40,000 nucleotides of DNA from an uncultured Acidobacteriota bacterium (GTDB lineage: Bacteria > Acidobacteriota > Terriglobia > Terriglobales > Acidobacteriaceae), in contig CAWEGO010000002.1 of NCBI GenBank assembly GCA_963808725.1, positions 1,481,511 to 1,521,510 on the forward strand. Reading direction: 5' to 3'. Position numbers and translations under genes: made by a program. The notes beneath the pieces are model-generated. The model was given only the letters and a program-made list of their open reading frames with translations, was not told the DNA's origin and did no database searches. Shown here piece after piece: positions 27,718-35,914 of this stretch; position 1 is the first letter of the stretch; each line of letters opens with the position of its first letter.

Positions 27718-29429
27718 TCACGCGTCTTCGGCCGTCTCCACAAGCGGGCTGGGACGGCGGATCATGTTGTGCAGGTCGGCGCCTGCCGGCACCATCGGGT
27801 ACACCGTGTCCTCCTGCTCCACCTGGAAGTCGATCAGCACCGGGCCGCGGTGCTCGCGCGCGTCGCGGATGGTCGGAACCACATCCGCGCGGTGCTTCAC
27901 GCCGGCGGCCCGGATGCCGAAGGCCTCGGCCAGCTTGACGAAGTCCGGGCTCAGCAGCGGGGTGGCGGCGTAGCGGCGATCGTAGAAGAACTCCTGCCAC
28001 TGCCGCACCATCCCCAGGTAGCCGTTGTTGATGATGGCGATCTTGACGTTGATGTTTTCCTGCACCATGGTGGCCAGTTCGGCCATGGTCATCTGGAAGC
28101 CGCCGTCGCCGACCACCACCCAGACCTCGGCTTCCGGGCGCGCGAACTTGGCGCCGATGGCCGCCGGCAGCGCGAAGCCCATGGTGCCCAGCCCGCCGGA
28201 GGTGATAAGCGAGCGCGGCTGCTCATGGTGGTAATACTGCGCCTCCCACATCTGGTGCTGGCCCACGTCGGTGACCACTAGAGCGCCGCCGTGGGTCTCG
28301 CGCCACAGGTCGTTGATGACGTGCGCGGCGTAGAGGTGGCCGTCATCGGGCAGATTCTGGATGTCGCGCACCGCCGAGTCGCCCTTGAGTTCGTCGATGT
28401 GGTGCCGCCACTCGGAGCGGTCGACGGACTCGACATCGGGCAGCAGGTGCTCCAGCACCTGGCGCAGGTCGCCGACCAGCCCCACATCCACCTTGATGTT
28501 CTTGTTGATCTCGCACAGGATCGATCTCCACGTGGATCTTCTTCGCCGTGGGCGCGTAGGTCTTGGTGTTGCCGGTGACGCGGTCGTCGAAGCGCATGCC
28601 GAAGGCCAGCAGCAGGTCGGCCTCCTGGATGGCCTTGTTGACCCAGGCTTCGCCATGCATGCCCATCATGCCGAGATTCAGCGGATGCGACGCCGGGAAA
28701 CAGCCCAGGCCGAGCAGCGTGGGCGCTACCGGGATGCCGCTCTTCTCGGCAAAGTTCCGCAGCGCGTGCATCGCCCCGGAGATGATTACGCCGTGCCCGG
28801 CCAGGATGATCGGGCGCTGGGCGCTGTTGATCAGCGCGAACGCCTGATCGTAGTCCTCGGGATCGGGCGAAAGGTCGGGACGATATCCCGGCAGTTGCGG
28901 CGCGGCGGCTTCCCAGTCGAACTCGCAGGAACTCTGCTGCGCGTCCTTGGTGATGTCGACCAGCACCGGGCCCGGCCGGCCCGAGGCCGCGATGTAGAAC
29001 GCTTCGCGGATGACGCGCGCCATGCTCCTCGGGGTGCGTCACCAGGTAGTTGTGCTTGGTGATGGGCAGGGTGACGCCGGTGATGTCGGTTTCCTGGAAG
29101 GCGTCGTAGCCGATCAGCTTGCTGCCCACCTGGCCGGTGATGCACACGATGGGCGAGGAATCCATCATGGCGGTGGCGATGCCGGTGACCAGGTTGGTGG
29201 CGCCGGGGCCGGAGGTGGCGATGGCCACGCCCACGCCGCCGCTGGCGCGCGCGTAGCCGTCGGCCATGTGCGCAGCGCCCTGCTCGTGCCGCACCAGAAT
29301 GTGGTGGATGGGATAGCGGGTCATCGCGTCATACGCGGGAAGAATCGCGCCGCCGGGATAGCCGAACACGTATTTCACTCCCTGGCGCACCAGGCATTCC
29401 CAAATGATCTCGCTGCCGGTCTTGGTCAT
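27718..29429 (-). pseudogene. ilvB: acetolactate synthase large subunit, split across three frames (breaks near 29024-29040 and 28511-28523)
   Basis: The N-terminus [27 protein letters not shown]...[12 protein letters not shown] is in one frame. [24 protein letters not shown]...HVEIDP is in a second. ...[15 protein letters not shown]...GDGGFQMT...INNGYLGMVRQWQ runs to stop 27718 in a third. Confidence 0.9.
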
Positions 29430-29461
29430 GGCTGTCACCCTCTCAAGAACTGTCAAACTTC

Positions 29462-29577
29462 TTTTCGCCGCGGATGAACGCGGATGGACGCGGATTGGAA
29501 TCCGGCTTTTGGCTCTTAGCTCTTGGCTCTTGGCCAAACCCGCTCGGCGAAAAGCCAAGAGCCAACAGCCAAGAGCC
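29462..29577. repeat. composite array element: GCGGATNNNN x3 half-element plus TTGGCTC/GAGCCAA heptamer hairpin
   Basis: GCGGAT occurs at 29470, 29480 and 29490 (10-nt period), ending in the palindrome CGGATTGGAATCCG. Then TTGGCTCTTAGCTCTTGGCTCTTGGCC (29509-29535) faces AGCCAAGAGCCAACAGCCAAGAGCC (29553-29577), matching about 22 of 25 after reverse complement. Confidence 0.9.
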
Positions 29578-29580
29578 GCT

Positions 29581-31254
29581 TCATCCCGTCACCGCACCCT
29601 GCGACGCCGACGATACCGTCGCCGCGTACTTGGCGAACACTCCGCTCGGATACCGCGGCGCCGGCGCTTTCCACTTCGCCATCCGCGAGCTGATTTCCTG
29701 GTCGGTAAGCTCCACCCTGAGCTGACGCTTGGGGATGTCGAAGACGATGATATCGCCGTCGCGTATGGCGGCGATGGCTCCGCCGCGGGCCGCTTCTGGC
29801 GCGACGTGTCCGGCCATCAGGCCGTGGGTAGCGCCGGAGAAGCGTCCGTCGGTGAGCAGGGCAACCTTGTCGCCAAGATCCGCGCCCGAGATGGCTCCGG
29901 TGACCGCCAGCATCTCGCGCATCCCCGGGCCTCCGCGCGGTCCTTCATATCGAATCACCACCACGTCGCCGGCGCGGATCCTTCCCTGCTGCACGGCAGC
30001 GAAGGCATCCTCTTCGAGGTCGAACACGCGCGCCGGACCGCGGAAATTCTGCATATCGTGCCCGGCGATCTTCACCACGCAACCCTCAGGCGCGAGATTG
30101 CCCTTCAGGATCACCAACCCGCCGGTGGGCTTGATCGGACGATCGAGCGGGCGCACGACTTCCTGTCCCGGTGTCTCGACGGCGGCGCTGGCTTCCTCGC
30201 CGATGGTCTTGCCGGTAACGGTCATGCACTCGGAATGCAGAATGCCGGCCTGCTTCAGCCGCCCTGCGAGCAGGCGAATGCCGCCGGCGCGGTAAAGATC
30301 GGTGGCGACGAAGCGGCCACCGGGCTTGAGGTCGGCAATGAGCGGGGTGCGCGCGCTGACGCGGTCGAAATCGTCGATCGAGAGTTCGACCCCAGCTTCG
30401 CGGGCGATGGCCAGCAGGTGAAGCACGGCATTGGTCGAGCCACCGCTCGCGGCCACGCTGGCAATGGCGTTCTCTAGCGCGTTGCGCGTGAGGATCGCGC
30501 ACGGATGCAGATCGCGCCGCACCAGCTCCATGATCTGTACGCCCGCCTGAAATCCGACCTCGTCTTTCTTGGGATCGGTCGCCGGGACACTGGCGCTGCC
30601 CATGGGGGAAATGCCCAGGAACTCGGTTGCGGTAGCCATGGTGTTGGCGGTGAACTGTCCGCCACAGGCGCCGGCGCCGGGGCAGGCATGGTTTTCGATG
30701 TCTGCCAGCTCGGCGTCTGTCATGCGCCCGCTGGCGTGCGCGCCCACGGCTTCGAACACGTCCTGAATGGTGACGTCGTGCCCTTGGAACCGACCAGGCT
30801 CGATCGAACCGCCATAGATCATCAGCCCAGGCACGTTGAGCCGGGCCAGTGCCATCACGGTGCCGGGGATGGTCTTGTCGCAGCCGGAGAGCGCCACCAC
30901 GCCGTCGAAGAGGTTGCCGCGCGCCACCAGTTCGATGGAATCGGCAATCACCTCGCGGCTCACCAGCGATGCCCGCATGCCCTCGCTGCCCATGGTGATG
31001 CCGTCAGAGATGGAGACGGTGTTGAACTCCATCGGCGTGCCGCCGGCTTTGCGGATGCCCTGCTTGACGCACTCGGCCAGGTGGCGCAGGTGGTAATTGC
31101 AGGGGCCGATCTCGATCCAGGTATTGGCCACGCCGATGATGGGGCGGCGCAACTCGTCGTCGGTGAAGCCGACTGCCTTCAGCATGGCGCGCGCGGGCGC
31201 GCGGCTTGCGCCCTCGGTGATCGCCGCGCTGGACCGCCGTTTATCCGCCGCCAT
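29581..31254 (-). CDS. ilvD: dihydroxy-acid dehydratase
   Basis: ~557 aa. Motifs [23 protein letters not shown] and [10 protein letters not shown] 31254 (MAADKRRSS) is the likely start; the ORF track uses TTG 31263. Confidence 0.97.
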   Translation of the reverse strand: MAADKRRSSAAITEGASRAPARAMLKAVGFTDDELRRPIIGVANTWIEIGPCNYHLRHLAECVKQGIRKAGGTPMEFNTVSISDGITMGSEGMRASLVSREVIADSIELVARGNLFDGVVALSGCDKTIPGTVMALARLNVPGLMIYGGSIEPGRFQGHDVTIQDVFEAVGAHASGRMTDAELADIENHACPGAGACGGQFTANTMATATEFLGISPMGSASVPATDPKKDEVGFQAGVQIMELVRRDLHPCAILTRNALENAIASVAASGGSTNAVLHLLAIAREAGVELSIDDFDRVSARTPLIADLKPGGRFVATDLYRAGGIRLLAGRLKQAGILHSECMTVTGKTIGEEASAAVETPGQEVVRPLDRPIKPTGGLVILKGNLAPEGCVVKIAGHDMQNFRGPARVFDLEEDAFAAVQQGRIRAGDVVVIRYEGPRGGPGMREMLAVTGAISGADLGDKVALLTDGRFSGATHGLMAGHVAPEAARGGAIAAIRDGDIIVFDIPKRQLRVELTDQEISSRMAKWKAPAPRYPSGVFAKYAATVSSASQGAVTG

Positions 31255-31549
31255 AGACACCAACAGCCATCATTTGAAAATGGCTGATCCCTTCGCCGTT
31301 TCCAGCTGCTTCCCCCACGTTAGGCTACGTTACCACTGGCTGGGCGAGTACTTAGCTTACGTCGTATTGATGATAAGTCCAATTGATACTTATTTGGACA
31401 CCATAATCAAGATTTATAGGATCAGAATTTCCGGGGGCAGTCGGTCCCAGGCCGCCGAAAAATTCCCGCCGGGATGAAACGAAAGCGCCTCCGGTTGCGT
31501 CTTATGTACTTAAGTGAGGCAGAGCCGCTCCGCGAATCCCGGCGAAGAG

Positions 31550-31559
31550 GTATAATCAG
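31550..31559 (+). promoter_or_regulatory. candidate -10 element GTATAATCAG upstream of the S41 gene
   Basis: TATAAT at 31551-31556, 48 nt before ATG 31605, in the same 10-mer context as at 6619-6628. Confidence 0.3.
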
Positions 31560-31604
31560 GGAAATCCTCACAAAAGTGAGCTCACCAGAGAAGACTACTT
31601 ATCT

Positions 31605-32843
31605 ATGTCCAAGGCATTGAAGATCCTGATCGTCACCGTATCCCTGGGAATCGTTCTGTTCGCTGTCGCCGGCGGCCTGGGAGTGAAGGCTTCCAGCGAC
31701 GACGGCGCTTACCGCCAGCTCGGCGTCTACAGCGAAGTGCTCTCCCGCATCCGCAGCGAGTACGTGGAGGAGCCCAACATCGAGACCGTCACCGATGGCT
31801 CGCTGCACGGGTTGCTGGAATCGCTGGACGCCAACTCCAGCTATCTGAGTCCGGGCGAGTACAAGATGTACAAGCAACACAAAGGGGAGGGCAAAGGCGA
31901 GATCGGCGCTACTATTTCCAAGCGCTTCGGCTACGCGGCCGTGATCTCGGTGGTGCCGGGCGGGCCCGCGGACAAGGCCGGCATGGAGAACGCCGACATC
32001 ATCGAGGCCATCGAGGGCAAGAGCACGCACGAAATGTCGCTGGCTGAGATCAACGCCCTGCTCGACGGACAGCCAGGGTCGACCGTGAGCTTCTCCGTGG
32101 TGCGGGCGCGGCGCGCCGAGCCGCAGAAGGTCACCGTCACGCGCGAGCCGATCTCTCTGCCGCAGGTCAGCGACAAGATGCTGGAGGACGGCATCGGCTA
32201 TGTGCGTCCTTATGCGCTCACCAAGGGGCGGGCGCAGGAGATCGCCGCCGACATCAAGGCGCTGCAGAGGCAGGGCGCGCACAAGTTCATCCTCGACCTG
32301 CGGGACTGCTCCATGGGCGAGGAGAATGAGGGCGTCGCCGTCGCCAACCTATTCCTCAACCACGGCATGATCACCTACCTGCAGGGGCAGAAGTTCTCCA
32401 AAGAGACCTTCAACGCCGATCCGCAGAAGGACGTCACCGATATGCCACTGGTGGTGATGGTGAATCGCGGGACCGCCGGGCCGTCCGAGATCGTGGCTGC
32501 CGCGGTGATGGAGAACGCGCGCGCAGACGTGGTCGGCGACAAGACTTTCGGCACCGGCGGAGTGCAGAAGGTGATTGAGATCCCCGACGGCTCGGCCCTG
32601 ATCCTGACCGTCGCCAAGTACTACACCCCGGAAGGCAAGGCCATCCAGGACACCGCCGTTACCCCCAACATCCTGGTGGCAGATGCCGATGACGCCGATC
32701 TTGTGCTGCCGGACGAGGACCAGGACAACGGCGCCGACCAGGAATTCCGTAAAGAGGAACGCCAGAAACAGGACGAGCAGTTGCGGCGCTCCATCCAGGT
32801 GCTCGAGAAGAAGGACCTGAAAGCCACGGCCGCGCCACGGTAA
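31605..32843 (+). CDS. S41 (C-terminal processing peptidase)-family protein lacking the catalytic dyad
   Basis: N-terminal TM anchor, PDZ (VVPGGPADKAGMENADIIEAIEG) and S41 core. VVMVNRGTAGPSEIVAAAVMENARADVVGDKTFGTGGVQ aligns without gaps to E. coli Prc [39 protein letters not shown]. The alignment puts Gly at S430 and Thr at K455. Confidence 0.85.
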   Translation: MSKALKILIVTVSLGIVLFAVAGGLGVKASSDDGAYRQLGVYSEVLSRIRSEYVEEPNIETVTDGSLHGLLESLDANSSYLSPGEYKMYKQHKGEGKGEIGATISKRFGYAAVISVVPGGPADKAGMENADIIEAIEGKSTHEMSLAEINALLDGQPGSTVSFSVVRARRAEPQKVTVTREPISLPQVSDKMLEDGIGYVRPYALTKGRAQEIAADIKALQRQGAHKFILDLRDCSMGEENEGVAVANLFLNHGMITYLQGQKFSKETFNADPQKDVTDMPLVVMVNRGTAGPSEIVAAAVMENARADVVGDKTFGTGGVQKVIEIPDGSALILTVAKYYTPEGKAIQDTAVTPNILVADADDADLVLPDEDQDNGADQEFRKEERQKQDEQLRRSIQVLEKKDLKATAAPR

Positions 32844-32861
32844 GAGCGGGACGTTCCCATG

Positions 32862-32890
32862 ATCGCGCCCTGCGGGGCGCGATTTTTGTT
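32862..32890 (+). terminator. rho-independent terminator after the S41 gene
   Basis: ATCGCGCCC-TGCG-GGGCGCGAT forms a perfect 9-bp GC-rich stem, followed by TTTTTGTT. Confidence 0.8.
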
Positions 32891-32940
32891 GGCGCGCCGG
32901 GCTCCGATCGGACTAAGCTCGCAGACAAAGGAGAACACAA

Positions 32941-33381
32941 ATGGAGCGGCTCGTGCTAACGCTGGCGCTGCTGGCGGTGGGCTCGGCGATGGGGTTGGCG
33001 CAGATGGCGTCCGCTGAGGGAAAGCCGTTCGCCGTCGAGTACTACTACAAGGCCAAGTGGGGACATGCGGACGAGTTTCTGCGGCTGTTCAAGAAGAACC
33101 ACTATCCCATCCTGAAGAAGCAGGTCGAGATGGGACGGATGCTCAAAGTCTGGATGGACCAGCCCCGCTACCACGCCACCGAAGACGGCCGCTGGGACTT
33201 CCGCGTGACCATCGTCTTCAAGAACGCCACCGTCGCCAATGAGCCCTCCGACGAAGACGCGCTGAAGAAGCAGCTCTTCCCCGACCAGGAAACCTACGTG
33301 CGGGAGGAACAGCGGCGCTTCGAAATTCTTGAGGCGCATTGGGACGTGCCGGTGAAGACGGTGGATTTGGAAGCGAAGTAG
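32941..33381 (+). CDS. hypothetical secreted protein (possibly dimeric alpha/beta-barrel-like)
   Basis: AAGGAG RBS and signal peptide MERLVLTLALLAVGSAMGLAQMASA. The fold guess is from sequence style only. Confidence 0.6.
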   Translation: MERLVLTLALLAVGSAMGLAQMASAEGKPFAVEYYYKAKWGHADEFLRLFKKNHYPILKKQVEMGRMLKVWMDQPRYHATEDGRWDFRVTIVFKNATVANEPSDEDALKKQLFPDQETYVREEQRRFEILEAHWDVPVKTVDLEAK

Positions 33382-33514
33382 AGCTTCGCGGGCCGGGGCT
33401 GCAGCTTCGTCGCTACCTTGTCCCGACTTATTGACGCCGCTAAGTCCGTTGAAGTGCCCCCGGTGTCGGTTTCCCCAGGTTACGTTAGTGCCGTCTAATT
33501 CCGGCGGCGGTACA

Positions 33515-33967
33515 ATGCCCTCCATGTCCGGAAGTCTCACACGGCTCGCGCTGCGGGCTATGGATCAAGCTGCCAAGCTGGTGCGGCAGCCTCCCGAGCA
33601 GCCGCCGCATCTCCTGACCGGGCGCCGCGGCGAGGAGGAGGCATACTTCTATCTGCGGCGGATGGGCTATGTGATCGTGGCCCGCAACTACCGCTCGCGA
33701 CGCCGTCCGAGCGAGATTGACCTGGTGGGCTGGGACGGCGAGGTGCTGTGCTTCATCGAGGTCAAGACCCGCACTACCCGTGAGGTCAAGCCAGCCGAGG
33801 CGGCGGTGGATCTCGAAAAGCAGCGCGACCTGCGGGGGATGGCCCGCGAATACCTGCGGCGAGTCGCCGGCAGCCCGGCCCATCGTTTTGACATCTTGAG
33901 CATCTATATACTTGATGGAGCCCATCCGGAATTTACCCTCTTCAAGAATGCCTTCCCGGTATCGTAA
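33515..33967 (+). CDS. yraN: YraN-family (UPF0102) endonuclease-like protein
   Basis: GRRGEEEAYFYLRRMGYVIVARNYR...SEIDLVGWDGEVLCFIEVKTR. The start is ambiguous: ATG 33515, or the ORF-track start at 33431. Confidence 0.8.
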   Translation: MPSMSGSLTRLALRAMDQAAKLVRQPPEQPPHLLTGRRGEEEAYFYLRRMGYVIVARNYRSRRRPSEIDLVGWDGEVLCFIEVKTRTTREVKPAEAAVDLEKQRDLRGMAREYLRRVAGSPAHRFDILSIYILDGAHPEFTLFKNAFPVS

Positions 33968-34008
33968 GATAGACCAGCAGCAGGCTCCCGTCGAAAGGAC
34001 TCCTCAAC

Positions 34009-35058
34009 TTGCCTGAACTGAGAAAAGACCCCATCACCGGCCGGTGGGTCATTATTTCAACCGACCGGGCCAAGCGTCCCAGCGATTTCTCCCGCGACCA
34101 GGTGAAGATGAAGGGCGGCTTCTGCCCGTTCTGCTACGGCAACGAGGCGAAGACGCCGCCCGAGGTGCTGGCTTTCCGTCCCAACAAGAACGGCGGCCCC
34201 TCGCCCGAGCGCGACAGTCCGGGGTGGACCGTCCGCGTAGTGCCCAACAAGTTTCCCGCGCTGGGGATCGAAGGCGGCATGAACCGCCAGGCCCAGGGCA
34301 TGTTCGACAAGATGAACGGGGTAGGCGCGCACGAGGTCATCATCGAGACCCCCGACCACAACGCCACCCTGGCCACGCTGCCCGAGAAGCGTATCGAGGA
34401 CGTGCTGTGGGCTATGCGCGACCGTATCCTCGACCTGCGCCAGGACAAGCGCTTCAAGTACATCCTGTTGTTCAAGAACCACGGCGAGCCGGCGGGCGCG
34501 TCGCTGGAGCACGCCCACTCGCAGCTCATCGCCCTGCCCATTTTGCCCAAGCAGGTGATCGAGGAGCTGGAAGGCGCCAAGCAGTACTACATCTATAAGG
34601 AGCGTTGCGTCTTCTGCGACATCATCCTGCAGGAGCTCTCGGACAACACCCGCGTGGTCTCGGAGAACAAGGATTTCGTGACCATGGGCCCCTACGCGCC
34701 GCGCTTCCCGTTCGAGACCTGGATCCTGCCCAAGCGGCACGAGTCGGCCTTCGAGAACTCGCCGTCGCACGTGTACGAGAGCCTGGCCAAGGCCATCAAG
34801 GACATGCTGGTGCGCGCCGACCGCGTGCTGGAAAACCCCAGCTACAACCTGGTGGTGCACAGCTCGCCCTTGCAGGACCCCATCAACGACCACTACCACT
34901 GGCACATCGAGTTCATGCCCAAGCTCACCAAGACGGCAGGATTCGAGTGGGGCACCGGGTTCTACATCAACCCTACGCCGCCGGAAGAAGCGGCCAAGTT
35001 CATGCGCGAGGTGGACGTCTCCGCCGCCGCACAGGCGGTGGGAGCGCCGGACCACTAG
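34009..35058 (+). CDS. galT: galactose-1-phosphate uridylyltransferase-family (GalT/HIT) nucleotidyltransferase
   Basis: TTG start with GAAAGGA RBS. Motifs DPITGRWVIIS..R..RP, CPFCYGNE and HAHSQLIALP (HxHxQ). Confidence 0.9.
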   Translation: MPELRKDPITGRWVIISTDRAKRPSDFSRDQVKMKGGFCPFCYGNEAKTPPEVLAFRPNKNGGPSPERDSPGWTVRVVPNKFPALGIEGGMNRQAQGMFDKMNGVGAHEVIIETPDHNATLATLPEKRIEDVLWAMRDRILDLRQDKRFKYILLFKNHGEPAGASLEHAHSQLIALPILPKQVIEELEGAKQYYIYKERCVFCDIILQELSDNTRVVSENKDFVTMGPYAPRFPFETWILPKRHESAFENSPSHVYESLAKAIKDMLVRADRVLENPSYNLVVHSSPLQDPINDHYHWHIEFMPKLTKTAGFEWGTGFYINPTPPEEAAKFMREVDVSAAAQAVGAPDH

Positions 35059-35077
35059 GCGAGAAGATGGTCCTGAT

Positions 35078-35111
35078 TCGGCTCCGCCCGGCGCGGAGCC
35101 GATTTGTTTTT
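35078..35111 (+). terminator. rho-independent terminator after galT
   Basis: TCGGCTCCGC-CCGGC-GCGGAGCCGA forms a perfect 10-bp stem, followed by TTTGTTTTT. Confidence 0.85.
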
Positions 35112-35172
35112 CGGGGCGGCGGGGCGCCCGCCCGTAGGCTCTTCCGTCCCGCGACGGTGGTATCATGCCCGT

Positions 35173-35325
35173 ATGGCGAAGAACGTCAGATTTGTTGCCA
35201 TCAAGACCGTGAAAAAGCCGGCGACTGTCAAATTCAAGACGAAGTCGGGTGAGACGGTCTCTTTCAAAGCGCTTAGGACGTTCAGGCGAAAGGAAGTTGT
35301 TCATTTTCGCGCCAAAACGAAATGA
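35173..35325 (+). CDS. very basic 50-aa protein, putative partner/antitoxin of the PIN protein
   Basis: MAKNVRFVAIKTVKKPATVKFKTKSGETVSFKALRTFRRKEVVHFRAKTK has about 17 Lys/Arg in 50 residues. Its stop overlaps the next start (ATGA). The ORF-track start at 35104 lies inside the galT terminator. Confidence 0.55.
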   Translation: MAKNVRFVAIKTVKKPATVKFKTKSGETVSFKALRTFRRKEVVHFRAKTK

Positions 35326-35807
35326 AGCGCATCTATTTGGACAGCAATGTTCTGATAGCCTATCACTCCACGGATAAAGCGGAAGAAAGCAAGAAGAAGA
35401 TGGTCGAGAACGCCCTGGCCGTCTTCGCCGAGCTCAAGGACATTCAGCTTTGCACTTCGATGTGGGCGGTAACCGAGATGGTGAATATCTTGGTTTCTCG
35501 CAAACAGATTGATCGCGGTGCCGTTGCGGAAATGGAAAGTCAGCTAGTGAGTGAGCGGAGGCTGAAAAACCTGAGGGTACACTTCGTCGAGGTCAGTCCC
35601 CAGAAGGACTACGACTTTGCAGAATTCTTCTATCATGTCAAGCAGGGCATTCTCAAGTATCACTCTGGAGTTGGAGACGTGATTCACAGCGTCATCATGA
35701 AGAACAACGATATCGCTAATATTTTGACGTTCGATGAGAAACATGATTTCAAGCAGATCCCCGATTTGACAGTGCTCCACCCTAAAGACATCAAAATCGA
35801 CAAATAG
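35322..35807 (+). CDS. PIN-domain protein (VapC-like ribonuclease)
   Basis: IYLDSNVLI, WAVTEMVN, GVGDVIH and LTFDEKHF supply the PIN acidic quartet. 161 aa. GC is markedly lower than the window average. Confidence 0.85.
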   Translation: MKRIYLDSNVLIAYHSTDKAEESKKKMVENALAVFAELKDIQLCTSMWAVTEMVNILVSRKQIDRGAVAEMESQLVSERRLKNLRVHFVEVSPQKDYDFAEFFYHVKQGILKYHSGVGDVIHSVIMKNNDIANILTFDEKHDFKQIPDLTVLHPKDIKIDK

Positions 35808-35914
35808 CAGGAGTTGCTCTCGGTGGGACTCAACCGCCAGTGGCGGATGAATCTGTCGTTGGAACAAGCCTTGCTAACTGGTCGGCCCTAGCAGCCCGCG
35901 TCTAGAATCGCGCG

